Shown: one piece after another, positions 9,626-18,832 of the stretch | Layout of the letters: every line of letters begins with the position of its first letter | How positions within the stretch are numbered: the first letter of the stretch is position 1 | Assembly (NCBI RefSeq): GCF_000039765.1 | Contig: NC_004460.2 | Location: 900,001 to 932,000 of the forward strand | Direction of reading: 5' to 3' | Length of the DNA: 32,000 nt | Origin: Vibrio vulnificus CMCP6 | GTDB lineage: Bacteria > Pseudomonadota > Gammaproteobacteria > Enterobacterales > Vibrionaceae | Position numbers and translations under genes: made by a program | Notes under the pieces: model-generated | What the model was told of the DNA's origin: nothing | Databases searched by the model: none | The model's input: only the letters and a program-made list of their open reading frames with translations

Positions 9626-10534
9626 ATGAAACTAAAATTAAGCGTTATGTTGGTCAGCACCCTGATTTCTGGTGGTGCAATGGCGAAAGATCTTGTGATC
9701 GAGCATTACATGGGGAGCACTAAAATTTCAGATGCACCAAAGCGTGTTGTTGTTATTGGTCATGGGGCCTTAGACGCTCTGGATTATCTTGGCATCGAGC
9801 CCGTTGCCGTTGCGAAAGCGCCAATAATGCCACAATATCTCGATAAGTTTCAGGATGCGAAATACGCCTCGGCGGGCAGCTTATTTGAGCCAGATTTTGA
9901 AACCATCTACAGCCAAAAACCAGACTTGATCATCATTGGTCCTCGTGCGACGTCCAAATACAAAGAGCTATCGGAAATTGCCCCGACCATCGTGTTCAGT
10001 GCCGATCTCAAGCAAGGCTACTGGCAGAGCACACAAAAACAATGGCGTAATATGGGCGAAATTTTCAACGCCCAACAAAAGATTGAGCAGAAGATTAGTC
10101 AGCTCAATGAAGAGTTTGCCGCCATCAAACAATACAACGAGAAAAACCAAGTGGATGCGCTCACCATCATGACATCCGGCGGCAATATCACGACGTTTGG
10201 CTCGCAATCCCGCTTTGCTTCGGTTTACGAAGATTTTGGTTTTAAGGAAAGTTCCTCTAACGTTAAGACCAACAACCACGGTGATATCATCTCTTACGAG
10301 TACATTAATAAAGCCAACCCAAGTACGCTATTGGTGATTGACGGTGATAAGCTCTCAGGAAAAGGCAATCAAGTTGAAGAACAGTATCTTGACAACGATC
10401 TGGTCAAAGCCACCAACGCTTACAAAAACAAACGAATCACCTTACTTGATCTAGACGCTTGGTATCTCTCAATCTCAGGTATTTCTGCAACGGAAAAGAT
10501 GGTTTCCGACATCAAAGAGACCGTCGAACTGTAG
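9626..10534 (+). CDS. Ferric-siderophore ABC transporter periplasmic binding protein (FatB/VatD-like)
   Basis: Signal peptide MKLKLSVMLVSTLISGGAMA, then PKRVVVIGHGALDALDYLGIEPVAV and KPDLIIIGPRA, typical of the FatB/CeuE family. Confidence 0.88.
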   Translation: MKLKLSVMLVSTLISGGAMAKDLVIEHYMGSTKISDAPKRVVVIGHGALDALDYLGIEPVAVAKAPIMPQYLDKFQDAKYASAGSLFEPDFETIYSQKPDLIIIGPRATSKYKELSEIAPTIVFSADLKQGYWQSTQKQWRNMGEIFNAQQKIEQKISQLNEEFAAIKQYNEKNQVDALTIMTSGGNITTFGSQSRFASVYEDFGFKESSSNVKTNNHGDIISYEYINKANPSTLLVIDGDKLSGKGNQVEEQYLDNDLVKATNAYKNKRITLLDLDAWYLSISGISATEKMVSDIKETVEL

Positions 10535-10618
10535 TCATTCTCTCTAGTCGATATAGAGAAACTAATTGCTATAAAAACGCTTCTGATCAACATCAGAGGC
10601 GTTTTACTTTGGGAAGGG

Positions 10619-12676
10619 CTAGAAGTTCAACTGCAATGAAGCACCAATCATACGTGGTTGCTGTGTAAGCTGATCGTTCAAGTTGCTCGATGTGTACAGA
10701 GTCGTTTTATTGGAATCAAATAGGTTGGTGGCAAACAGAGTAGCTCGGCCGTTTTCAAACACATAAGCCAATTGAGCATTAGCGACCCAATATGCATCAA
10801 TTGTTGTGATTGCCGTGTTGCTTCTATCTGAGTAGTAATCGCCCGTGTAAGCCGCGTTGGCACTTAACTCAAACCCATCAAAGAAGCTATACTGCCCTCC
10901 TAAATTACCCGTTATGTTTGGTGCTCGCTCTAGTTCTTTAGAAGTTCCATTCACCTCTTTGTATTCTGTTTTCAATAAACCTAAGTTAGCAAATAGCTCC
11001 AATGAATCTGTGGCATACCAACGTGTGCCGACCTCTACACCATAGGTTTTAGCTTCGTCTAAATTGGTAATGAATACATCACCATTGGCAAGCAGTTGGG
11101 TCATCTGCATGTCATCAAAATCGTTATAGAAGGTGTTGGTGAGTAACTCTAGCGAATGACCTAAACGATGACGAGTATAGAACTCATAGTTCCACAGGTA
11201 CTCTTCTTTAAACTCGTAAGGCTTAAAACCACCAGAAGTAATACTATTGAAACCTAAGCCTGCGCCACCCGCATTGTAACCTTTTGCCACTTTAAAACCG
11301 AAGGTCTGATCATTAGCTGGCTTATACGCGATATCGAACTTAGGTAGGAAAACCCCTAACGTCTCATCATAATCAATGTTGAATACTTCAACTTTTCTTG
11401 TGATATGTTCCTTCTCATAGCGCCCTGCCAGCGTAACATCTATTGATTGCGTGATCGCATAAGTCATTTCTGCAAAGAGAGACTGCGTATCCTTACTGCC
11501 TTTCATAGGATTGCTACCGCTCGTAGTGGTAAAGGACTCATTCTGTTTAGAAGAGTAATAACGAGCACCAAACAATGCGCTCAGTCGACCGTTACTTGAA
11601 AGGTACTTCAAAATAGGTTCAACATGGTACTCCGAGCCACTGGTTGAAAAATCAAACTTATCCACTGGATATGTAAGCCGCTCGTTGGTGAAATCGGCGT
11701 AAACCACATTACTTTCAAAAGTAAATTGATCATTCAGTTGCCATGAAACATCCCATACCGTACTGAGCGAACTTGTCTCAAAAACAGCTCGAAAAGCATT
11801 TGCTCCTTCAATGTTGATGCTTTCTGACTGGGGACTACGAGAGTCCATAAGCGATACACCAAGCGTTGTTTTGAAACCATCCATTGATGAAGGCTCATAG
11901 AGTAACTTGCCTCTCAAAGAACTCATTTCAATACGGCTTGACTCACCAGCAGGGTCATAGGCTGCCAAGCCAACAAAACTTTCTTTCTTTTGTTGGTCAA
12001 AGCTGAGGCGGAATGCAAGTTCGTCTTGGATGATTGGTGCAGAGATCATTGCAGCGGTTTGTGAATAGTTTCGCTCACCGATACCTGCTTTTACTGCACT
12101 TTCAAAATGGTGGGTAGGGTCGTTGGTTTTCATTACAATCGCACCCGCAGAAGAGTTACCACCTTGAATATAGCTTTGCGGACCTAAATACACTTCGACT
12201 TGCTGCATGTCCCAAAGAGAACGCGGACCAAACGCAATTTCCGAATACGTCAGTGAGCGGCCATCAATGGACATATTTAAACGAGGTGAAGTACCAGCAA
12301 AGCTCGCCAGACCACCGACAGATGGGCCAGAACCATCAATACCACGCACCGTTGGCATGCTGTTACCTTGGCCAGAGTCCACCATATTGGGAATAAGTTG
12401 CAACAGGTCATCGATCTCTGTTGCACCTGGGGTATTGTCTATCGTCTCCTGGTCGAACACTTGGACACTCGAACTGGTGTCATAAATGGTTCTTTCTGTT
12501 TTCTCACCGATCACAACGACAACAGGCATCTCTTCTTTTTTGTTGCTGTTGGTACTCTCGGTTTGAGCATAGGCTTGACCACTGGCACAAAGCCCCATCA
12601 CTACCGCAGACAAAGCGTGCAGTTTAAAGGTTTTTTTTTCTGCAACGCTCGTTCGCGCTGGGCGTAAAGCTGCCAT
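10619..12676 (-). CDS. TonB-dependent outer membrane siderophore receptor (VuuA-like role inferred)
   Basis: Signal peptide, plug domain (VFDQETIDNTPGATEIDDLLQLIPNMV...VRGIDGSGPSVGG), C-terminal MIGASLQLNF ending in Phe; AAGGAG Shine-Dalgarno before ATG 12676. Confidence 0.92.
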   Translation of the reverse strand: MAALRPARTSVAEKKTFKLHALSAVVMGLCASGQAYAQTESTNSNKKEEMPVVVVIGEKTERTIYDTSSSVQVFDQETIDNTPGATEIDDLLQLIPNMVDSGQGNSMPTVRGIDGSGPSVGGLASFAGTSPRLNMSIDGRSLTYSEIAFGPRSLWDMQQVEVYLGPQSYIQGGNSSAGAIVMKTNDPTHHFESAVKAGIGERNYSQTAAMISAPIIQDELAFRLSFDQQKKESFVGLAAYDPAGESSRIEMSSLRGKLLYEPSSMDGFKTTLGVSLMDSRSPQSESINIEGANAFRAVFETSSLSTVWDVSWQLNDQFTFESNVVYADFTNERLTYPVDKFDFSTSGSEYHVEPILKYLSSNGRLSALFGARYYSSKQNESFTTTSGSNPMKGSKDTQSLFAEMTYAITQSIDVTLAGRYEKEHITRKVEVFNIDYDETLGVFLPKFDIAYKPANDQTFGFKVAKGYNAGGAGLGFNSITSGGFKPYEFKEEYLWNYEFYTRHRLGHSLELLTNTFYNDFDDMQMTQLLANGDVFITNLDEAKTYGVEVGTRWYATDSLELFANLGLLKTEYKEVNGTSKELERAPNITGNLGGQYSFFDGFELSANAAYTGDYYSDRSNTAITTIDAYWVANAQLAYVFENGRATLFATNLFDSNKTTLYTSSNLNDQLTQQPRMIGASLQLNF

Positions 12677-12930
12677 TTGAATTTCTCCTTAACTCTAATA
12701 AACAACTGATTGCATTCAGGATGCACAGGCATAGCGAGTGGTGCTTCTACCTCGAGATTGAGTAGAGAGGCGTAAAGAGACCGAAACTGAACAGCGTTGC
12801 ACTATAGAGTCACGCTCAAAAGCCATGTGCTTGATTGCAAATATTCCGACTGACATACGTTCCAAACGGGGGCTGATTCAGGCCAAAAGCCTAAACTCAA
12901 CTATCGAGTGGTATAACAACGTAGTTCACA

Positions 12931-12990
12931 ACGCATTCTAATTATTGATAATTTAAATGTAAAGCATTCTCATTTGCATTTGTGAGAATG
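12931..12990. promoter_or_regulatory. Possible Fur-binding region upstream of the TonB-dependent receptor
   Basis: AT-rich GATAATTTAAATG followed by the inverted repeat CATTCTCA (12965-12972)/TGAGAATG (12983-12990). Confidence 0.45.
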
Positions 12991-13016
12991 TATGCTACTC
13001 ACCGCATGAGATGCCT

Positions 13017-14300
13017 TCATTGTCCTGAGTTCTGTTCAGCTAAGGTATTGAGTGATTGATGCATAAACACCATCAACTGCTCACTGAGATGGGTGATTTG
13101 CTCTTGTCCAAACCATCGTTGTTCGCCTTCTACCGTGAAGGTAATGTTGGCTGCGTCCTTCCTTACGCGAAATGTCATATTGAGTCCATCGTTGGTGCCA
13201 TTCGCGACGACCTTGCGCTCACTCTGACACCCACCAAATACAATATCCTCATCAATAAGCACATTGATATAAGGGGACTGACTTGCTTTTACATTGAGAC
13301 TGTTACTTAGAGGGTGCTTACCGTGACGATAAAGAAGACGTAACTCAGCCATGAGCCGCTTCACCCTATCCACAAAGTTTTCCTCGATATCGGCATTGAT
13401 CCACAGCGGTAAGGTGTTGACCATCAAACAAGGCGTATTGGCGCAGCGGTTACCCATTCGATTTAAATAGGGTAGCCAGATCCACAATCCGTCACTTGCC
13501 GATTGCTGCTCTGTGAGAACCTGCTTTTCAACGCAGTACAGACCGACCAAAACCACCAACAAATCCACCCAAGCCCACTGCTGTTGTTGGCTGACGTTTA
13601 AGAGCGCCGCTCTTAGCTCAGGATCAACCTCCTTTGCAATGGCAAAAGTGTCGTTATTGAAGTCATCATCGTTGAACGAGATAAACGAGTGCTGATTGAT
13701 ATAATCCAACCAAAAACGTTGATCTTTCTCTGCTCGCTCACTACACAGATAAGCCTGCTCATTTCTGACGTAAGTATTGAATCCTTTAAAGACCACAGGA
13801 AGCGTCTGGCTTTGTATGAATGCAGAATAGAGAGAGGCACATCGTTGCTCTATTAAGTGCAAGCTGTAGCCATCAAGCGCGATGTGGTGGCTTCTTATGT
13901 ACCAAAGTGTCTTAACCTCACTGAGCCGAAAAATGGCTTGATAGGTCATAACCTCCCCAGTCAGATCAATTGGCTTAGCAATATCATCACGGATTTTCTG
14001 CCACGCGAGTTGTTCCGCTTCGGCTTCATCAATCAAGTTGATGCAATCCAGCACTATCGCAGAACAGTCCAGCACCACTTGGCGTGGATACCCTTGCTCA
14101 TCGCAACCAAAACAGAGCCGCAGCGCTTCCGCTTCTTGTGTGGTTTCCAAAATAGCTTGATACAAACATTCGATATCGCACTCTCCGCTGATCTCGATAC
14201 CGTGTGCCACATTGGAAAAAGGTCTTTCAGGGAAAGCAATATAGTCAGCCCAGTATTCTTGCTGAGCCAAAGAGAGTGGGAAAAACACAGGTTTACTCAT
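13017..14300 (-). CDS. Standalone NRPS condensation-domain protein (VibH-like amide synthase)
   Basis: PLSLAQQEYW N-terminal C-domain motif and catalytic SHHIALDGYS (HHxxxDG). Start placed at the internal Met (MSKPVFFPLS), not at 14333. Confidence 0.85.
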   Translation of the reverse strand: MSKPVFFPLSLAQQEYWADYIAFPERPFSNVAHGIEISGECDIECLYQAILETTQEAEALRLCFGCDEQGYPRQVVLDCSAIVLDCINLIDEAEAEQLAWQKIRDDIAKPIDLTGEVMTYQAIFRLSEVKTLWYIRSHHIALDGYSLHLIEQRCASLYSAFIQSQTLPVVFKGFNTYVRNEQAYLCSERAEKDQRFWLDYINQHSFISFNDDDFNNDTFAIAKEVDPELRAALLNVSQQQQWAWVDLLVVLVGLYCVEKQVLTEQQSASDGLWIWLPYLNRMGNRCANTPCLMVNTLPLWINADIEENFVDRVKRLMAELRLLYRHGKHPLSNSLNVKASQSPYINVLIDEDIVFGGCQSERKVVANGTNDGLNMTFRVRKDAANITFTVEGEQRWFGQEQITHLSEQLMVFMHQSLNTLAEQNSGQ

Positions 14301-14358
14301 TTGCCTATCGAATCGTAATAAAAGATAGAACAAATGATAACAACATCACCACCGCAAT

Positions 14359-14377
14359 CAATGATAATAGTTATCAA
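14359..14377. promoter_or_regulatory. Fur-box-like site upstream of the VibH-like gene
   Basis: ATCAATGATAATAGTTATC, about 14/19 to consensus. Confidence 0.65.
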
Positions 14378-14508
14378 TTGCAATTAATATAATGTTTGTT
14401 TGGTTATCATCTCGGAAAGTAAGGGAAAGCTGTTGTTGGGAAAAATAATGAGCTGGTATTAGGAAAGAAAATTTAATCGCTTACCAGCTCGGCTTGCTTT
14501 GGTTAACA

Positions 14509-14598
14509 CTAGGCTTGTTTAGAAGCTTCTTTAGCATCTTTCCAATACTGGATGCGGATGCGATGAAGCTGAGCTTTTCTCATTTTTTTCATAGCCAT
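14509..14598 (-). CDS. Possible small basic protein, 29 aa (MAMKKMRKAQLHRIRIQYWKDAKEASKQA)
   Basis: Read by hand from the minus strand; GAGGAAG Shine-Dalgarno-like sequence immediately upstream. Not in the supplied track. Confidence 0.4.
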   Translation of the reverse strand: MAMKKMRKAQLHRIRIQYWKDAKEASKQA

Positions 14599-14996
14599 CT
14601 TCCTCATTAATTATGTGCCCTACTCATGCAGGACTTTTTGTTTAGGTCATATTCCTCAATAACATATCGAGGAATGTTCGTTCTGACCGTGATTAATTTC
14701 ACAAGTTAATGATAAACACCCTGACTGTTACAATTCGTTTTTGAACACTTAGGCAGGTTTCATTTTCTAACCGTTACTAACTTATGCTTCTCTTATGACA
14801 GAAAAATGGCATTTTTGTTCCGTTTTCCTGACGATTAAAAAACATACAATTTTTGTACCATTAAAAGTAGGACACCATTTGCCGCTTCGACAAGCCTTCA
14901 TCGACGAATTCAGCCTTAATAAAAAGAAAATGTGATGTCACGCATTTCGGACTAAGGTGCGATAAAAAGGCGCTGCGACCAATTTGCCATTCACTT

Positions 14997-15014
14997 TGTG
15001 CGAGATCTCTTACA
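14997..15014. promoter_or_regulatory. GacA/VarA/UvrY-type upstream activating sequence
   Basis: TGTGCG-AGATCT-CTTACA against consensus TGTAAG-N6-CTTACA (10/12 in half-sites), overlapping a second inverted repeat CTTACAAG-C-CTTGTAAG at 15009-15025, centred about 170 bp before the predicted sRNA start. Confidence 0.7.
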
Positions 15015-15174
15015 AGCCTTGTAAGCTTTTCACTTTTCATTTCGAGGAAAACGTATTAATTAACTGACTAAGTCAATGTATTTTAAGAACTATCAATTTT
15101 TCACTTTAAAAATACACGAAAAAAATTCTCTGCAGACAATTGCCGCCAACCGACAAAAATTCAATACTGTCTTC

Positions 15175-15466
15175 GTCAACAGGATGTTGGCGGGAACAGG
15201 AACAAAGCCTAAAGGATTGGGTATCTTCAGGATGAAGATTTGATAACTTAGGATGAGTTGTCAGCAAGGACGTTACACTCTGGGATAGAGTTACGCCAGT
15301 CAGGATGACAGGCCAGTAAGGACACCGCTAGGAAGGCGATGGACAAAGGATTAGGTTAAAGGATTTAGCCAATATCATGGATAGATGCAGGGAGCACTAT
15401 CAGTAGCTGGATTGCTGCGAAAGAGAATAAGCCCCGCTTGGGAAACCAGGCGGGGTTTTATTTTTT
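15175..15466 (+). ncRNA. csrB: CsrB/CsrC/RsmZ-family regulatory sRNA (CsrA-sequestering)
   Basis: About 18 GGA motifs in under 300 nt (several CAGGATG, AAGGA, AGGATGA), promoter-like TTGCCG-N17-AATACT (15140-15168), upstream UAS, strong terminator and no convincing ORF. Confidence 0.85.
15428..15466 (+). terminator. Rho-independent terminator of the csrB-like RNA
   Basis: AAGCCCCGCTTGG-GAAA-CCAGGCGGGGTTTTATTTTTT. Confidence 0.85.
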
Positions 15467-15864
15467 CAACTCAGAAATTAGATACATTTATCAATAAAAA
15501 ATTCCATCTATGCGGTGAATATCTCGAAATAGCCTGCCAGATGTCCGTTTTCTACGACTTTCTCATCGTGCAAAACCGCAAGCCAATAGTAAATTAATTT
15601 CCAGACAGCTCTTGACACTCAACTGCGATAAGGGCGCAATGGCGATAGATTTTTTTTGTCATTACGATGATTTTTTTTCGTTTTCATCGTCTTATAAAAA
15701 AAACTAAGGTGCGCACCTCTAAACGATGTGGTGTCCTACCACACTCCTTAATCGTATTAGCGAATGGTTAGTGCCGATTTATTCGGTTCATGTCACATCA
15801 TTTAAACCTGTTCGCTTTATCCTACAATGATTTAAAACTGGTACTGACTTACTAAGGAATTGCC

Positions 15865-16770
15865 ATGCGTATTGCTATTCTTTCTCGTAATGAGAATCTG
15901 TATTCCACCATGCGTCTAAAACAGGCGGGTGAAGCACGTGGTCACGAGGTCGATGTGATCGACACGTTACACTGCTATATGGATATTACGAGTAACAACC
16001 CGAAGATCCGCTATAAGGGTGAAGAATTGCCGCAATACGATGCCATCATTCCGCGTATTGGTGCCTCTGTCACTTTCTACGGCACAGCAGTCGTCCGCCA
16101 GTTTGAAATGATGGGCACGTTCGTGGTCAACGAATCCGTTGCCATCAGCCGCTCTCGCGATAAATTGCGCTCTCTGCAATTGTTGTCACGTAAAGGCATT
16201 GGTTTACCACGTACTGGTTTTGCTCACCACCCAGACAATATCCAAGACGTGATCCGTAATGTAGGCGGCGCACCTTTGGTGATTAAGTTACTGGAAGGCA
16301 CACAAGGCATTGGTGTGGTATTGGCAGAAACCAATAAAGCGGCAGAAAGTGTCATTGAAGCCTTCATGGGCTTAAAAGCCAATATCATGGTGCAAGAATT
16401 CATTGAAGAAGCAAAAGGCGCAGACATTCGCTGTTTCGTTGTGGGCAACAAAGTGATTGCTGCGATGAAACGTCAAGCGAAAGAAGGCGAGTTCCGTTCT
16501 AACTTACACCGTGGTGGCAGTGCGCAATTGGTTCGTTTGAGCAAAGAAGAGCGCGCTACCGCTATTAATGCGGCAAAAGTGATGGGGCTAAACCTGTGTG
16601 GTGTTGATATTCTTCAATCTAAGAATGGCCCAGTGGTCATGGAAGTGAACTCTTCTCCAGGTTTAGAAGGTATCGAGCAAGCGACCAACAAAGATGTGGC
16701 AGGCATGATTTACGAATTTATCGAAAAGAACGCCAAACCAAATTCAAACCGTACCAAAGGTAGAGGTTAA
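15865..16770 (+). CDS. rimK: RimK family alpha-L-glutamate ligase (ribosomal protein S6 modification)
   Basis: [14 protein letters not shown]...CYMDI...[27 protein letters not shown]-grasp domain, [13 protein letters not shown]. Confidence 0.95.
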   Translation: MRIAILSRNENLYSTMRLKQAGEARGHEVDVIDTLHCYMDITSNNPKIRYKGEELPQYDAIIPRIGASVTFYGTAVVRQFEMMGTFVVNESVAISRSRDKLRSLQLLSRKGIGLPRTGFAHHPDNIQDVIRNVGGAPLVIKLLEGTQGIGVVLAETNKAAESVIEAFMGLKANIMVQEFIEEAKGADIRCFVVGNKVIAAMKRQAKEGEFRSNLHRGGSAQLVRLSKEERATAINAAKVMGLNLCGVDILQSKNGPVVMEVNSSPGLEGIEQATNKDVAGMIYEFIEKNAKPNSNRTKGRG

Positions 16771-16827
16771 TGACGCGGTGGAAGCCAGACTTCCACTATT
16801 CTTAAAATTGCGAAGCAAGCTTGGATA

Positions 16828-17262
16828 ATGACTATGACTCAGAAACTGATCATCGGAAATACTGAAGCTGTCTGCTTACCAGAGTTAGGGATTACTCACC
16901 TAGAGACACGAATTGATACTGGCGCGCAGACTTCTTCTCTGCACGTAGATAATTTGATCTGCATAAAGAAAGACGGCAAACAATATGTGGAGTTTGATCT
17001 TCACCCGGATGTTTACAATCTGGAGAAAATTGTACGTTGTTTGGCGCCTCTCAAAGGCAGCAGAAAAATCAAATCATCAAACGGTACCTTTGAACACCGC
17101 TGCGTGATCACCACCACTCTGCGCTTAGCCGATCAAGAGTGGCCAATTGATATCACGTTGAGTAATCGCCAAGACATGACTTACATGATGTTGTTGGGCC
17201 GTCAAGGCATGGCTGATCGCGTATTGGTAGACCCAAGCCAGTCACACATTTTGGCCAACTAA
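16828..17262 (+). CDS. RimB-like ATP-dependent zinc protease family (retropepsin-like) protein
   Basis: ARIDTGAQTSSLHVD corresponds to the family's RIDTGAxTSxLH motif; TMMLLGRQGM-type C-terminus; adjacent to rimK. Confidence 0.85.
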   Translation: MTMTQKLIIGNTEAVCLPELGITHLETRIDTGAQTSSLHVDNLICIKKDGKQYVEFDLHPDVYNLEKIVRCLAPLKGSRKIKSSNGTFEHRCVITTTLRLADQEWPIDITLSNRQDMTYMMLLGRQGMADRVLVDPSQSHILAN

Positions 17263-17283
17263 CGAGATTTGTTATCTCATTCC

Positions 17284-17310
17284 ACGGAGAGCTTCGGCTC
17301 TCCGTTTTTT
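17284..17310. terminator. Terminator between the rimB-like gene (+) and MBL gene (-)
   Basis: ACGGAGAGC-TTCG-GCTCTCCGTTTTTT. Confidence 0.88.
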
Positions 17311-17311
17311 A

Positions 17312-18094
17312 TTAGCCCCTTTTCCAAATGGAATGCCACAAAGCACGTAGCTTGATTTTTGTCACTCGCCAGTGAGTCACTGGACGCTGAGGGGTGGTGT
17401 CTAAAATATGTTGGTACGCGGCAAGATCAAACTTACGCTCTCCGCCATGCGCCAACAGCAAGGTTGTCGGCTGCATGTGAAAAACTCGTTCTAATGAAGC
17501 GCGATATTTGTTGGGATGGAAAATGGGAAATGGCGCGATGAGTTTTCTTTTCACTTCAACCATCAAATCCGCCACATACAGAATGCCCTTTTCTGCATGA
17601 TACACCGACAAATCTCGATCGGTGTGACCGGGCGTTTCAAGCACCACCCAATCAGGAAACTCCGGAATGCATTCACCATCATTGAGCTTGTGATCCGGAT
17701 TTAACGCTCGTGAATACCATAGATTGCGCCATGGTTTTTTTAACCGATTTGCCATCCACGCCGCCAACAGCAAGTCAGTCAGATGCATCAACCAGCCATC
17801 AACACCATGATACCAATCGAGATCTCGATTTGCCGCCACGACTTGGCATCCCGTCAACTGACGTAATCGATGCGCGCCACCCGCATGATCTGGATGCATG
17901 TGTGTCACCACGACCACTTTCAAATCACAAAAAGAACGCCCTAAATCCTGTTCAATGAAACGACGCAGATAGGGAATGTCCGCTCGACTTGCACCGTCAA
18001 GCAACAGCAGTTTGTCCGCATACTCCACCAAATACATGATTTGGATATAGCCTTTAATCGTATGTAATTGCACAAAATATCCTTTTTGTTGCAT
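17312..18094 (-). CDS. MBL-fold metallo-hydrolase
   Basis: VVTHMHPDHAGG (HxHxDH), ETPGHTDRDLSVY, LLLAHGG. Confidence 0.88.
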   Translation of the reverse strand: MQQKGYFVQLHTIKGYIQIMYLVEYADKLLLLDGASRADIPYLRRFIEQDLGRSFCDLKVVVVTHMHPDHAGGAHRLRQLTGCQVVAANRDLDWYHGVDGWLMHLTDLLLAAWMANRLKKPWRNLWYSRALNPDHKLNDGECIPEFPDWVVLETPGHTDRDLSVYHAEKGILYVADLMVEVKRKLIAPFPIFHPNKYRASLERVFHMQPTTLLLAHGGERKFDLAAYQHILDTTPQRPVTHWRVTKIKLRALWHSIWKRG

Positions 18095-18226
18095 TCGCGC
18101 CTGTTTACAGCGCTGATAAGGCTCTTTCCTTAAGCCTCTGGTCTGACCAATAAGTTAGCAGCAAAACCGTAACACGTCTGCACTGGGTAACAAACCCTGT
18201 GATATCAAACTTTAACTAATCTACGC

Positions 18227-18257
18227 TTGACCTTACCCTAGGGTAAAGCTTTAGAGT
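18227..18257 (+). promoter_or_regulatory. MerR/CueR-type metal-responsive promoter and operator
   Basis: TTGACC-(19 bp)-TAGAGT with the palindrome TTACCCTAGGGTAA (18233-18246) in the spacer; upstream of the copper genes. Confidence 0.75.
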
Positions 18258-18286
18258 GACGTTAAGTTTTTCATTAAAGGCACGAC

Positions 18287-18742
18287 ATGCGTTTCTCTTC
18301 TCTTCGCATATTCTGGATATCCTTTATCAGCATGTTCGCCATGTTGAGCTCAAGTTTTGCCTCCAGCGCGCCTTTAATGACTTTTCAGATGCTAAGCACA
18401 GTGCAGTCTCAAAGTACGGTGCAATCTCAAAGCACAATGACATCCGACTGTGGTATGAGCGTGAAGGTGGTTGATCCCCACGCGTTGCACTCCGGAAGTC
18501 ATCAATCGGCAAGCTCTCAAGCCGAAAGTAATCAAGCGGCTAAGACGCCAAACAGCCACTGCGCCACAGACGCCCCATCGATACACAATTGCTGTACTGC
18601 GGCTTGTGTCAGTGTCTTTGCGTTTTTGCCTCAAACTGCACACTCCTTACCTGTCTCTTATCACATGGCGCTGATCCCTCGTGAATCAACCGCTTGGTCT
18701 ATTGAAAGACAGCAATCGCTCTATCGCCCCCCAATAGCGTAA
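18287..18742 (+). CDS. Small secreted/periplasmic Cys- and His-containing hypothetical protein, first gene of the copper gene set
   Basis: N-terminal hydrophobic signal (ILWISFISMFAMLSSSFASSAP), later HCATDAPSIHNCCTAACVSVFAF; located between a CueR-like promoter and the OMF gene. Confidence 0.7.
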   Translation: MRFSSLRIFWISFISMFAMLSSSFASSAPLMTFQMLSTVQSQSTVQSQSTMTSDCGMSVKVVDPHALHSGSHQSASSQAESNQAAKTPNSHCATDAPSIHNCCTAACVSVFAFLPQTAHSLPVSYHMALIPRESTAWSIERQQSLYRPPIA

Positions 18743-18832
18743 TCCGATCATCAATATTTCGTATCACAAGCTCTAACGAGCTGTGGTGTGTATTTTCACG
18801 TCGCTTTTTGACGTGCAGATTGGATTATAAAA

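Noticed and set aside
10678-10863. Many short antisense ORFs (for example 10678-10863, 22894-23346, 18922-19263, 29663-29872)
   Set aside because: They lie opposite well-supported conserved genes, have no recognisable motifs and look like codon-bias shadows.
14601-15000. Possible mobile element or toxin-antitoxin remnant in the long AT-rich intergenic region
   Set aside because: No terminal repeats, transposase motif or paired small ORFs seen; only the 29-aa ORF is noted.
15385-15597. ORF 15385-15597 (70 aa)
   Set aside because: It starts inside the csrB-like RNA and runs through its terminator; coding potential not credible.
17312-18094. MBL-fold protein considered as a beta-lactamase or quorum-quenching lactonase
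   Set aside because: The HxHxDH motif only supports the superfamily; the rest of the sequence does not allow a specific substrate assignment.
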